48,510 nucleotides of DNA, from positions 1 through 48,510 of the forward strand of contig SLOM01000064.1 of NCBI GenBank assembly GCA_007132505.1. Direction: 5' to 3'. The notes under the pieces are model-generated. The model was not told where the DNA came from. It searched no databases and was given only the letters and a program-made list of their open reading frames with translations. Source of the stretch: Candidatus Sumerlaeota bacterium. GTDB lineage: Bacteria > Sumerlaeota > Sumerlaeia > SLMS01. Position 1 is the stretch's first letter. Every line of letters starts with the position of its first letter. Position numbers and translations under genes: made by a program. This document shows, piece after piece, positions 29,135-39,534 of the stretch.

Positions 29135-29449
29135 TCATGACGTCAGCTTGATCTCCACGTACACACCGGCCGGGAGATCGAGGTTTTGCAGTTCGTCGAG
29201 CGTCTTCTGGGGGGGATCAACGAGGTCAATGAGGCGCTTGTGCCGGCGCATTTCGAACTGTTCGCGGCTCTTCTTGTCGCCGTTGGGCGACCGGTTCACC
29301 GTGTAGCGTTGCCGGCGGGTCGGGAGGGGAACAGGACCCGCCACCGAAGCGCCCGTGGTCCGCGCGGTGTCCACGATCGAACCCACCGAGCTGTTCAGCA
29401 GCCGGCTGTCGAATGACCAGAGATTGATGCGTATGACCTGACTTGCCAT
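29135..29449 (-). CDS. rpsJ: 30S ribosomal protein S10
   Basis: Contains [31 protein letters not shown] and [12 protein letters not shown]. Confidence 0.97.
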   Translation of the reverse strand: MASQVIRINLWSFDSRLLNSSVGSIVDTARTTGASVAGPVPLPTRRQRYTVNRSPNGDKKSREQFEMRRHKRLIDLVDPPQKTLDELQNLDLPAGVYVEIKLTS

Positions 29450-29490
29450 GATCGGGTGCGGTTCCTTCCCTTGTTGAATCGGACAGAACT

Positions 29491-29526
29491 GGAGCGGGGA
29501 AGCCTCTGCGCGGTCCTCCCCGCCCC
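29491..29526 (-). promoter_or_regulatory. stem-loop in the 99-nt tuf-rpsJ spacer (attenuator/terminator or S10-leader structure)
   Basis: On the - strand, GGGGCGGGGAGG pairs with CUUCCCCGCUCC: 12 bp including two G-U pairs, with a 12-nt loop. A moderately U-rich stretch follows. Confidence 0.4.
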
Positions 29527-29548
29527 GTTGTTATCTTACCGGACCTCG

Positions 29549-30742
<1,194 letters not shown>

Positions 30743-31209
30743 GTCATGCCCCCAAAAAACTTTGGTTTTGGACTTACGTTTTCATCCCCGCCGGGGCGGG
30801 AGTGCTCCTTGGTTTCCGGATCGGCGTTGCCTTGCTGTGGCTTGCGCAATCCGCCGCCTTCCCTGCGGCCCTGCCTTTTCCTGCTGGCGGGGCGCTTTTG
30901 GGGCGGTGTTTCTGAAGAGTCGGTTGGGGAGGGCGTTCGGGCACACGATCACCCGCCACGCAGGGTCGCGGTGGCGAGTACCGGTGCGGAAGGCGCCCTC
31001 GTCTTCCGGCTTCTCCAGTGCGGTGGCCTTTGCTTCCGGCCGTGCCGTGGGGAGGGACTCCACGGCCCGCGCGCGGCTATGTCGAGTCCGGTATCCGTCC
31101 TCGCCGCAGGGCCGGTGAAAGTAGGAATCGGCCCGGGGCGAGTCAACAGCAATCCGGCGGGGTCCGGCCGCAATTTTTCCCCGATTCTGCCGCCGCGTGG
31201 CGGCCCTTC

Positions 31210-32568
31210 CTATCCGAAGCCGACCTGCAGGTCCCGCAGCACGAGCCCGCTCTGGATCTTCGGGTAGTAGTAGGTGGTGTTGTGCGGCATAAGTTCGCCG
31301 TTCTCAGCCACCTGGATGGCCTGGTCCTTGTCAATGGGGTTGAGCAGGAAGGCCACACAGCCCTTGCGCCGGCGCACGAGCGAGAGCGCTTCGCCGATGC
31401 GCCGTGTGTAGATAATGTCGTCGTCGTCCAGCTCCACCTCGGGGTTGCCGATCCATCCCTGTGCGATGACGAACTGGTGGAGGATGGTGATGTCCTGGCT
31501 GCGCACGAGGTCCGACATGAACTCGGCGTCAATCATCTCCTCGAGGTCGGCGTTTTTCTTGAGCCGGAGCTGGTAGGCTTGGCCGGAAGGGAGAACCATG
31601 ACGAAACGGGAGGGAGTGCCCTTGCGTGCTTCGAGGTGCTTTTGGGCCAGTGCGGCGGCCTTTTCCTCGTCGGCGAGGTCGAGCTGGAACTCCTTGACGT
31701 CGAAGTACTCCTCAAGGTCCTCCAGGACCTCCTCCATGTCCACGTCGGCGCCGAGGTCGCGGGCCAGGACGCGGTGGGAGGCGGTGGTGTGGACGGCCGG
31801 GTCGTCGGCGTTGTTGAGGTACATGAGGATGAAGTCGTAGGGCTGGCGTCCGTCGCGCCGGCCTGTCATCTCGCGCATTTCGTCGCGGTAGGCCAAGGCG
31901 GTCTCGTACCGGTGGTGGCCGTCGGCGATGTACAGGCGCTTGGTCTTCATGGCCTCGTTGATGCCGAGGATGGGGTCTTTCCGGTGGATGAGCCAGAGGC
32001 GGTGGGTGTCGCCGCGATGGTCTGTGAATTCCTCGTGGGGCGGGTTTTCGGTGGCAGCCTTGAGGATGGCGTCAATCTGGCCCTCGGGGTCCTTGTAGAG
32101 CATGAAGAGGGGCTCGAGGTTGACCTGCACGGTCTTGAGGAGGCGGAGGCGGTCCTGCTTGGGCCCTTCGAAAGTCATCTCGTGGGCACGGATTTTTCCA
32201 CTGCGGAAGTCCTGCAGCTTGACGAGTCCGAAGAAGCCGAGCCGCTTCTGGCGGTTCTCGGTTCCGGCCAAGGTGAACTCGTGCTCGTAGACGTAGAAGC
32301 ACTTGCGCTGCTCGTCCACGAGGAGGTTTTCCTGCTTCCACTCGCGATAGAGCTCGGCGGCGCGCAGGTAGCGGTTGTTGTACTCATCGTCGCCGGGTGC
32401 TTCGTAGCCCGAGACGAGACGGACGATGTTGCGGGGGTCGCGCTCGTGGAGTTCCTTCTGCAGCTCGGGTGTGACCACGTCGTAGGGAGGGGCGAGCATC
32501 TTCCCGAGGTCAAGGTCGTGTTCCTTGGTGTTGAAGCGGGTGCCGGCGAAAGGAAGGACGTCTGCCAT
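31210..32568 (-). CDS. DUF1015-family protein
   Basis: 452 aa. Begins MADVLPFAGTRFN and contains APPYDVV, IRAHEMTF, YIADGHHRYETAL, ASHRV and PHNTTYYYPKIQSGLV. These are hallmark motifs of the DUF1015 family. The 740-aa ORF-track call is an upstream read-through of non-coding DNA. Confidence 0.85.
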   Translation of the reverse strand: MADVLPFAGTRFNTKEHDLDLGKMLAPPYDVVTPELQKELHERDPRNIVRLVSGYEAPGDDEYNNRYLRAAELYREWKQENLLVDEQRKCFYVYEHEFTLAGTENRQKRLGFFGLVKLQDFRSGKIRAHEMTFEGPKQDRLRLLKTVQVNLEPLFMLYKDPEGQIDAILKAATENPPHEEFTDHRGDTHRLWLIHRKDPILGINEAMKTKRLYIADGHHRYETALAYRDEMREMTGRRDGRQPYDFILMYLNNADDPAVHTTASHRVLARDLGADVDMEEVLEDLEEYFDVKEFQLDLADEEKAAALAQKHLEARKGTPSRFVMVLPSGQAYQLRLKKNADLEEMIDAEFMSDLVRSQDITILHQFVIAQGWIGNPEVELDDDDIIYTRRIGEALSLVRRRKGCVAFLLNPIDKDQAIQVAENGELMPHNTTYYYPKIQSGLVLRDLQVGFG

Positions 32569-33027
32569 ATTGAGTCTAACGGAAATCCGGTTGTTTGGGT
32601 GGGAGTGCTGGCTGCTGGCGAACTCCCTGTGGAGGCAAGCCCCAAGGGGGGAGCGGGTCCCGCCCCTCCCGAGGCGCGGGAAGGGTGGGTAAGGCTTCCG
32701 AAGCCTGTCAACCCGTAACGGGCAGCTCTTCCCGGTGCGAACAGGACCCTTCGGTCCCGGACTCCGCCCGCGTGGCGCCCTCCTGACGGGAGAAATCGTC
32801 CGCCGTTTCCACCGGTTGAAGCTGATGGGACCTGTTGCCCGTTCCCATGGAATGGAGCGGCACCGCATCGGCCGGAATCGGCCGGGGAGTTCCAAAATCA
32901 GTGGGCAGCGAGCCAGGGGCATGCTTCCCGCCGGTGGCCGGCAGGTGACTTTCCGTTTGTACCGTGCCGCGTCCAGCTTATCATCGGGCATCCCGCTGGG
33001 ATTGAATCCAATGGAAGAGGGGCGACG

Positions 33028-33384
33028 ATGAGACTCTTGATTGCCGTTTTGGCAAGCACGGCACTGCTGCTCGCGATGGCGCTTGGAACGTCCTCCTGCG
33101 CCAGAACACCCTCCCCGGAGCTTCCCGACCCCGAGGCCGCAGTGCCCGCGGAGGTGGAAGAAGCCGTGGAGGTGGCCGAGGAGGAGGAACCGGATGGGCC
33201 GGACCCGATGGAGTACGAGATCAGGCAGGGCATGAGGCGGGCCGAAATCGAGGAAGTACTCGGCCAGCCGACGCACATCGGCCAGGACCGCCACGGACGC
33301 ACGCACTGCCTTTACAGCATCGGCGAGTACTGGCGCAGCGTCCTTTACGACAGGCGCGGCCGCGCCGTGGAGTGGCACCCATGA
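33028..33384 (+). CDS. small lipoprotein, BamE/SmpA-OmlA-like
   Basis: Signal peptide plus Cys (MRLLIAVLASTALLLAMALGTSSC), an acidic linker, then IRQGMRRAEIEEVLGQPTHI, reminiscent of SmpA/OmlA domains. Confidence 0.55.
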   Translation: MRLLIAVLASTALLLAMALGTSSCARTPSPELPDPEAAVPAEVEEAVEVAEEEEPDGPDPMEYEIRQGMRRAEIEEVLGQPTHIGQDRHGRTHCLYSIGEYWRSVLYDRRGRAVEWHP

Positions 33385-33419
33385 AAACAACGCACCACAC
33401 GACACAGAAGGGGAGAGGA

Positions 33420-35798
33420 ATGATGAGAACACTGCCCGGCATCCTTGCGGGAGCGCTCACGTTGGCGGCGGGAGCAGCCCACGCGGACAGCCGCCATGAA
33501 CTGGTGCGCCTCGGCAACGAGGCACAGCCCACCGGCGCGCTCACCGGCGCGTCCGTCTTTGTCAGCCCCGGCCACGGATGGGTCTGGGACCCGCAGCGGG
33601 GCTGGCGGACGCAACGGGGCGTGAGCCACGGCCTGATCGAGGACCACAGCAACGGTGAAGCCGTCCTCCAGTACTTCGTTCCCTACCTCTGGAACGCCGG
33701 TGCAACGGTCTATACAACGCGCGAACGCTGCATGAACACGAACATGGTCATCGTGGAGCCCGGCGGAGACGGACTCGAGCTGGAAGGCGACTGGAGTTCC
33801 GAGCGGCTGCCCGGAACCTGGAACGGAATGCTCTACTCCCACACCACCACGGACGGGCCCGCCACCGCGCGCGCCATCTATACGCCGGACATCCCGGAGG
33901 ACGGGCATTACGCCGTTTACCTGTGGTACCGCCCGGCACGCACGGGAAGCACCGCGGAGGACGCCCGCGTCTTTATCCGCCACAGCGGCGGTGACACGCT
34001 CTGGACGCAGAACCAGAATCACGGCGGCTACACCTGGAAGTACGTGGGGACCTATCATTTCGAGGCAGGCGCGGACAGCGAACGCGGTGCCGTCGTGATC
34101 GAGAACACCAGCAGCGACCCGGACAGCCAGGTGGTGGCCGGAGCGGTGCGCTTCGGCGGCGGCATGAGCGACACCATGCGCGAGGGCACAACGACCGGCC
34201 GGCCGCGCTGGGAGGAGTCCGGGCGCTACTACGCAAAGTTCGCAGGCTTCCAGCCGGAGAAGGACACGCGCGTCTATAACACGGTTTCCGCCATGCCGAT
34301 GTTCTCCGAATGGCTCGCCGAGCCGCACGAGGTGGGAAGGAGCATCTACCTGTCCTGGCACACGAATGCGAGCGGCGGCGCGGCCACGGCGCGTGGGCTG
34401 TTCACCTTCATTTATCAGCCTGACCGATGGGGCGGCGTCGACCAGTTCACCGGCTACCCCGGCGGTGTGGAACTCGCCTTCGCGACACACAACGCCGTTA
34501 TGGCGGCCGTGCATGCGGACTACGATCCGGAATGGCACGACGGGCCAGTGGTGACGCGTTACCTTGGCGAGACGAACCCCCGCAACAACAACCGGATGCC
34601 CGCTGCGCTGCTCGAGTATGGCTTCCACGACAACGTGGAGGACGCAGCCTACATCCTCGACCCGATCTTCCGCGACACCGTGTCGAAGGGAACCTACGCG
34701 GGCGTGGTGGAGTACTTCGTGAACGAGGTGCCCGGCTTTGACAACGCGACACTCCTGCCGGAGAAGCCGACAGGCCTGTCCGTGAGCTACCTGGGCGGCG
34801 GACGGGCGGAGATCTCCTGGGAGGAGCCACCCTACAACGACGGGACAAGGGCGCACCTCGGGGACCGGGCAACATCCTATCGTATATACAAGTCTCCCAA
34901 CGGCTACGGATTCTGCAATGGATACGACGTGCCGGACCGCACGGCCATCCTGACAGGACTGGAGCCGGGCGAACTGGCCTACTTCCGCGTCACCGCCCGC
35001 AACAAGGGCGGAGAGAGCTTCCCCTCCGAGACGCTGGCGCTCCGGGTGCCGGAGGAGTCCGGGGGGCAGCGCGTCCTGCTTGTCAACGGATTCCACCGGC
35101 TCGACCGGGCCATGAACTTCCACGACGGACGCTCCTACCGGGGCATCCTCAGCCGGATGAACACTTACAACTACTCGGTCCAGCATGCCGCAGCGGCCGA
35201 CCGGCCGGGCCTGCTCCTTGACGGCGCCAGCAGCAAGGCAGTCCGCGCCGGCCGGGTGAACCTTGCCGGGTACGACGCCGTGATCTGGATCATGGGCCGG
35301 GAGACCGCCGGGTCCTTCTCGCTCGACAGGGATCTCCGCGACCGTATGGACGGCTACCTGGCGATGGGCGGATCGCTCATGATATCCGGCACCGACATCG
35401 GCACGGCGCTCACGGACGAGAGGGGTGGCGAAGCATTCCTCCGCCGCGTCTTCCGCGCCGAACTGGCCTCCGGCGACTCCGGAAGCCACACCGCCATGCC
35501 CGCGAATGAAACGGACATCCCGGAGCTGCGGGAAATCCGCTTCGACGACGGCAGCGGCCCCGTCTATCACGCCGACAGGCCGGACGTGTTCCGCCCCGCC
35601 GAGGGCGGGCATGCACTGCTGAGTTACGCGAATGGCAACGGGGACGAGGCCGCGGCCATCGTGTACGCGGAGGACTACCGCCTGCTGTTGATGGGATTCC
35701 CCTTCGAGACCATCGAGGACCCGGAAGTCCGCCGCACGGCGATGCAGGGGGCGCTGGAATTCCTCCTCGACGGGCGGGACGCCACACCGGCCAAGTAG
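33420..35798 (+). CDS. secreted multidomain N-acetylmuramoyl-L-alanine-amidase-like protein (Amidase_3 with inserted golvesin-C-like module, FN3, C-terminal GATase1/ThuA-like domain)
   Basis: Signal peptide MMRTLPGILAGALTLAAGAAHA. Amidase_3-like halves: VFVSPGHGW...YTTRE and SIYLSWHTNASGG...LLEYGFHDN. The insert reads GDWSSE...GHYAVYLWY...HSGGDTLWTQNQNHGGYTWKYVGTYHFEAG. FN3: PTGLSV...YRIYKS...YFRVTARNKGGES. ATG at 33420 follows GGAGAGG. Confidence 0.7.
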   Translation: MMRTLPGILAGALTLAAGAAHADSRHELVRLGNEAQPTGALTGASVFVSPGHGWVWDPQRGWRTQRGVSHGLIEDHSNGEAVLQYFVPYLWNAGATVYTTRERCMNTNMVIVEPGGDGLELEGDWSSERLPGTWNGMLYSHTTTDGPATARAIYTPDIPEDGHYAVYLWYRPARTGSTAEDARVFIRHSGGDTLWTQNQNHGGYTWKYVGTYHFEAGADSERGAVVIENTSSDPDSQVVAGAVRFGGGMSDTMREGTTTGRPRWEESGRYYAKFAGFQPEKDTRVYNTVSAMPMFSEWLAEPHEVGRSIYLSWHTNASGGAATARGLFTFIYQPDRWGGVDQFTGYPGGVELAFATHNAVMAAVHADYDPEWHDGPVVTRYLGETNPRNNNRMPAALLEYGFHDNVEDAAYILDPIFRDTVSKGTYAGVVEYFVNEVPGFDNATLLPEKPTGLSVSYLGGGRAEISWEEPPYNDGTRAHLGDRATSYRIYKSPNGYGFCNGYDVPDRTAILTGLEPGELAYFRVTARNKGGESFPSETLALRVPEESGGQRVLLVNGFHRLDRAMNFHDGRSYRGILSRMNTYNYSVQHAAAADRPGLLLDGASSKAVRAGRVNLAGYDAVIWIMGRETAGSFSLDRDLRDRMDGYLAMGGSLMISGTDIGTALTDERGGEAFLRRVFRAELASGDSGSHTAMPANETDIPELREIRFDDGSGPVYHADRPDVFRPAEGGHALLSYANGNGDEAAAIVYAEDYRLLLMGFPFETIEDPEVRRTAMQGALEFLLDGRDATPAK

Positions 35799-35844
35799 AC
35801 TGCGGCTCCGGCGTCTATACCAAGACCCTCAACAGACATGAAAA

Positions 35845-35884
35845 CCCCGTCCGGGCCGATGCCAAGGACGGGGTTCTTCTTTTG
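35845..35884. terminator. bidirectional rho-independent terminator between convergent genes
   Basis: AAAA-CCCCGTCC (35845-35852), a 13-nt loop, then GGACGGGG (35866-35873) followed by TTCTTCTTTT. The flanking A-run and T-run serve both strands. Confidence 0.75.
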
Positions 35885-35895
35885 CTGACTGTGCG

Positions 35896-37089
35896 CTATT
35901 CGTCTTCGTAGAAGACGAGCAGGGCATTGGCCACGGAGCGCTCGACGCCCCCCGTTCCGTCCGGGTTCGCGTGGTCGGAGGGGCGATTGACCGTCTCACC
36001 CTCAATGACGAGTGTCGCGGAGCCGCCACTGTCCAGGTCCATGCCGTCCCAGGCGCCAAATTCGGCGAGGAGCTCCGCCATTTCCCGCTGGTACAGACCG
36101 GCACTCCATTCGGGCTGCCGGCCGTCCACCGTGGCGAGGATCACCTTCGTGCCGTCGCGGGAGACGCCCAGGCCGCTGCGGGGATAGCGGTTCAGGTAGT
36201 GGCCCCGCTTCCAGGGGATGGTGAACTCCTCGCCCTCGGGGTGGGGCGCGATGGGGTCCTGGAAGTACTCGCCGTCCTTCAGGATGCGGGGGCCGGCGCC
36301 GATGGCGTGGCGGAGTTCCTGCCAGGGCCGGGTACTGCGGAGGTCGAGCCGGACGTGATCTCCCACGGTGAGGTTCTCCCGCAGCCACTCCCCCGCCGAG
36401 TCCCGGCCTGTGAGGACGTAGCCGCCGCTGGGTATCTCGACGCCGGGTTCGTCCTTGCGGATTTCGAGGACGCGGAGCTCCATGTTGAGGACGGCTTCGG
36501 TGACGGGGGAGACCTCGCTGCCGCGCGAGGGCCTGCCGTAACGCCAGCTATACAGGGTGAGCCAGTCCTCGTTCACGTCGGAATTGAGCAGGCGTATCCA
36601 GAGGCGCTCTCCGTTGGGTGCTTCCACCTCGGCCTGCCAGGACCACTCGTCGGTCCACTGGCCGATGACGGGCGTGCCATCCCACTTGATGCCGAAGGCG
36701 GTGCGCGACTTGGGAGCGATGACGATTTCGCCATCCATCACGACGAGGTTGAGGGGCACGCCCCCGTGGGTCCAGTAGTCCCCATTAATGGCGGCGAGGG
36801 CGCCGTGGCGGTCCGCCATCGAGCGGACGGTCTCGGTGCCGACGACGGTGTCCTGCCCGAGCGCGGGACGGAGGCTGACGCGCGGATCCGTCATGTCAAG
36901 TTCCAGGACGTATATCCTCAGGGGGTCATCCGTCACGCGGTGCGTATGGACAACACCCGGGCGGATTTCCACGGTGGTTTCCTCCACCGTCCCGCCCATG
37001 GGGGCGGAGGGGAAAACCGTATCCGCCGGCGCGTGGGCCACGGCCATAGTGCAGACGGCCGCGGCGATGGCGGCAGGAAGGCCTCTCAT
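35896..37089 (-). CDS. phosphodiester glycosidase-family protein (NAGPA/DUF2233 domain), short form
   Basis: Signal peptide MRGLPAAIAAAVCTMAVAHA. Motifs: AAINGDYW, IGAGPRILKDGEY, RSGLGVSRDGTKVILATVDGRQ, MDLDSGGSATL. Start set at the ATG at 37089, behind GGAGAAAGGG. Confidence 0.75.
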   Translation of the reverse strand: MRGLPAAIAAAVCTMAVAHAPADTVFPSAPMGGTVEETTVEIRPGVVHTHRVTDDPLRIYVLELDMTDPRVSLRPALGQDTVVGTETVRSMADRHGALAAINGDYWTHGGVPLNLVVMDGEIVIAPKSRTAFGIKWDGTPVIGQWTDEWSWQAEVEAPNGERLWIRLLNSDVNEDWLTLYSWRYGRPSRGSEVSPVTEAVLNMELRVLEIRKDEPGVEIPSGGYVLTGRDSAGEWLRENLTVGDHVRLDLRSTRPWQELRHAIGAGPRILKDGEYFQDPIAPHPEGEEFTIPWKRGHYLNRYPRSGLGVSRDGTKVILATVDGRQPEWSAGLYQREMAELLAEFGAWDGMDLDSGGSATLVIEGETVNRPSDHANPDGTGGVERSVANALLVFYEDE

Positions 37090-37119
37090 GATCGTTTGCC
37101 CTTTCTCCATGGGGAAGGG

Positions 37120-39489
37120 TCAGTCCTCCGCGGCCTGCAGCTCCCCGGGGAGTTCCAGCAGGACGAGGCCGTCCAGGAGCAGTTCCCCGTCGCGCTTGCG
37201 GGCCTGATCCGGCTGCACGAGGTAGATCATCTCGAGTGTATAGGGCGGCGTCATGGTGCCGGGGGGGATGACCTCCTGGAGGTTTGCGCGCTGGAAGCGC
37301 CATTCATCCTCCCAGTCAATGCCCGGTATGCGGGTGGTGAAGTCCGTATAGATGGTGCGGCCTTCCGCGTCGGAGAGGGTCGCGCGCATCCACTGGCCCT
37401 GTCCGTCGCCGTAGACCCAGAGGCCGAGCCCCATCGGGTAGTCGGCGGGGAGTTCGATATCCAGGGGGATGCCGATGCGGCTGGTGCCACCGGGCGCCAT
37501 GCCATAGCGCAGGCGCCAGGAGGCCTCCCCCGTGCGGACGTTGTCGTGTTCGAGGCTGAGGGAGGAGCGTTCCGCGTCCGCGTTGAGCAGGTCAATGCTC
37601 TCCGCGGGATCGTCCGTGGGCAGCTCGTCGAAGGAAAGCAAGGGCACTTCGCTGTAGCTGGAGACGGCGACGGGGAGCAGCGCTTCCTTCCCGGCGGCCG
37701 CGACGCGAACGTGTCCGGTTCCCTCCTCCCGGGCTGTCAGGAGACCGTCCTCCACCGACCACGTAAGGAACCCGGGGACCTCCATATCCTCGAAGAAGAA
37801 CCCGTCGGTGAACGGCTCACCCGACCCGCTCTCCGTGAGCAGGCGCAGCGGGAGGGACTCCCCGGGCTCAAGGAGCATGGCGGCGGGGAGGAATGAAAGC
37901 TCCGTGGGCTCCTCAACTCTGACAATGGCGCCGCCTGCCGGTGGTGGGAGGGACAGGTTCAGGCGCGGGCCGTAGGCGCTGGCGCGCACTTGGGTGCGGC
38001 CGGTCTGCTGGGCGCGAAGTGTCGCCGTGGTCTCCCCCGGTTCCAGATGCTTGTAGGAGGTGACCTGCCCGCCGGCGGCTGTCAGGAAGACGTGGTGCTC
38101 CTCGGTGTCGAGGCGGAAGCTCTCCCCGTCCTCCGAGACGCCGCGCACGGTGACGCTGAAGGACGCGCCAAGGGGAAGACGCAGCCTTCGGGGGAGGAGT
38201 TCCAGGGAATCGAGCGGACCGGGCTCGCCGGTGCGCCGGAACAGAATGGCATTGGTGAGCGACCGCAGTCCGCTGGTGTCGGAAGGCGAGTTGGCCACCT
38301 GACCGTGCACCACCATGGTGGAGGATCCACCCCCGTCGAGGTTGATGGCGGCGATGGCGCCCTTCTCGCGCAGGAGCCCGGCCAGTTCCTCCAGCGTGAC
38401 GCCGCGGCTGTAACCCGGCTGACGCCCGTCCACCACCATGGCGACGAGTGTGCTCCGGTCCTCCATCACTCCGATGGCCGTGCGCGGGTGAATGGCGTCG
38501 TATAGACCCGCCCCGAAGCCTTCCTGGCGGCCGCGCTCGCCGGCCACGATCTCCCCGTCCTTGAGGATGAGCGGTCCTCCGCCAATGGCACCGATGACCT
38601 TGCCGGGCAGCTCGGGCATCGTGATATCCAGGGTGACCTGGGCGCCATCCTGCACCCAATCAGGCAGGGACTCGCGTGCGTGGATGACGATGCGCCCGGG
38701 GCCGACCGGGAGGGACTCCCCGTCGGGCCCGGCGGTGACTGTTCCATCAACCGGTGCATTCGGGAGGATTTCCTCACCATCCAGCTCCACGGCGAATGCT
38801 GCCAGGCCCTCCGGCGGTTCGGGAGCGCGGTCCTCGGTGAACGCCTCGTTAAAAAGCGTGTTGGAGCGGTTGTCCAGCGGATGGTTCACGACGGTGAGCT
38901 GGATGGGGCCGGAGCCTTCCGGACCGCGCAGAAACACTTCGATGCGAGGGGCGCCGAAGAAATAGTTCCCCTCCTCGTCCCAGGAGATGGAGCTGCGGGT
39001 GGGGACCTCAGAGTCGAGATTCATGCGGTTGGGGAGCTTCCACACGAGGCCGTGGCCGATAAAGATGCCAAAACCCGGGCCGCCGGCAGCGGTTCCGAAG
39101 TCCGCGTTGATGGCGCCGATCGGCCGCGAAAGGCGGTCGTAGGTACGTTCGACCTGTCCCGGGATGGTCTGCCGCCCCGTTATCTCGTCATTGCCGTATC
39201 GGGGCTCGACCATGAGGTCCTCCCGGCCCGTGTCCACCGTGAGTGTGGAGATGGCAAACGGCTCCTGCTCGCGGACCTCGAAGATGAACTCCACGCCCGG
39301 GGCGATGGCCTCACGCCAGAGCTGGACGACTGGTGTATCCTCCTCCGTCTCGACATAGTCCGGGTTCTGCCAGATCGTCCCGTCCGCCTTCAGCAGGAAC
39401 GGCGGGAGCTGCGGTTGTGCGAACGCCGTAGCCGCCGCAAAAAGGGTGGCGGCACCGAGCGCCATGGTGAATGGACGTCCCATCTTCAT
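37120..39489 (-). CDS. phosphodiester glycosidase-family protein with Ig-like and C-terminal CBM-like domains (paralogue A)
   Basis: Signal peptide MKMGRPFTMALGAATLFAAATAFA. Motifs: GAINADFG, IGGGPLILKDGEIV, RTAIGVMEDRSTLVAMVVDGRQ, INLDGGGSSTMV. The C-terminal roughly 330 aa is colinear with paralogue B. ATG at 39489 follows GGAGGAGG. Confidence 0.8.
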   Translation of the reverse strand: MKMGRPFTMALGAATLFAAATAFAQPQLPPFLLKADGTIWQNPDYVETEEDTPVVQLWREAIAPGVEFIFEVREQEPFAISTLTVDTGREDLMVEPRYGNDEITGRQTIPGQVERTYDRLSRPIGAINADFGTAAGGPGFGIFIGHGLVWKLPNRMNLDSEVPTRSSISWDEEGNYFFGAPRIEVFLRGPEGSGPIQLTVVNHPLDNRSNTLFNEAFTEDRAPEPPEGLAAFAVELDGEEILPNAPVDGTVTAGPDGESLPVGPGRIVIHARESLPDWVQDGAQVTLDITMPELPGKVIGAIGGGPLILKDGEIVAGERGRQEGFGAGLYDAIHPRTAIGVMEDRSTLVAMVVDGRQPGYSRGVTLEELAGLLREKGAIAAINLDGGGSSTMVVHGQVANSPSDTSGLRSLTNAILFRRTGEPGPLDSLELLPRRLRLPLGASFSVTVRGVSEDGESFRLDTEEHHVFLTAAGGQVTSYKHLEPGETTATLRAQQTGRTQVRASAYGPRLNLSLPPPAGGAIVRVEEPTELSFLPAAMLLEPGESLPLRLLTESGSGEPFTDGFFFEDMEVPGFLTWSVEDGLLTAREEGTGHVRVAAAGKEALLPVAVSSYSEVPLLSFDELPTDDPAESIDLLNADAERSSLSLEHDNVRTGEASWRLRYGMAPGGTSRIGIPLDIELPADYPMGLGLWVYGDGQGQWMRATLSDAEGRTIYTDFTTRIPGIDWEDEWRFQRANLQEVIPPGTMTPPYTLEMIYLVQPDQARKRDGELLLDGLVLLELPGELQAAED

Positions 39490-39534
39490 GTGGTCCTCCT
39501 CCGTTTCCTTGTCTGTCATGACGCAGTGGGAGGA

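Noticed and set aside
31109-31144. About 20-nt similarity between the two spacers flanking DUF1015 (GGAATCGGCCCGGGGCGAGT at 31124-31143 vs GGAATCGGCCGGGGAGT at about 32874-32890), suggesting a repeated element
   Set aside because: The match is short, gapped and made of a GC hairpin motif that can recur by chance in this composition. No longer flanking similarity or terminal-repeat geometry was seen. It is worth a dot-plot but is not claimable.
30743-31209. tRNA genes, SRP RNA or tmRNA upstream of tuf
   Set aside because: No GGTTCGAATCC-type T-loops or cloverleaf arms appear on either strand. GGCCGGAAGCAAAGGCC resembles the SRP GGAA-tetraloop region only loosely and lacks the flanking conserved helices.
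32569-33027. Possible RNase P RNA or TPP riboswitch in the DUF1015 upstream spacer
   Set aside because: There are superficial matches only: CCAGCUUAUC vs the RNase P CCGGCUUAUC, CGGAAAGUCAC vs GGAAAGUCC, and GAAGCUGAUGGG vs the TPP CCUGAUCUGG. The universally conserved GAGGAAAGUCCGGGC, ACAGAA and CUGAGA/GCG-AGGGA elements are absent or wrongly spaced. Kept only as an unclassified structured region.
33345-35612. 755-aa ORF on the - strand opposite the amidase-like gene
   Set aside because: Antisense shadow ORF with low-complexity R/A/G/V composition. The + strand frame carries recognisable domain motifs, a signal peptide and an RBS.
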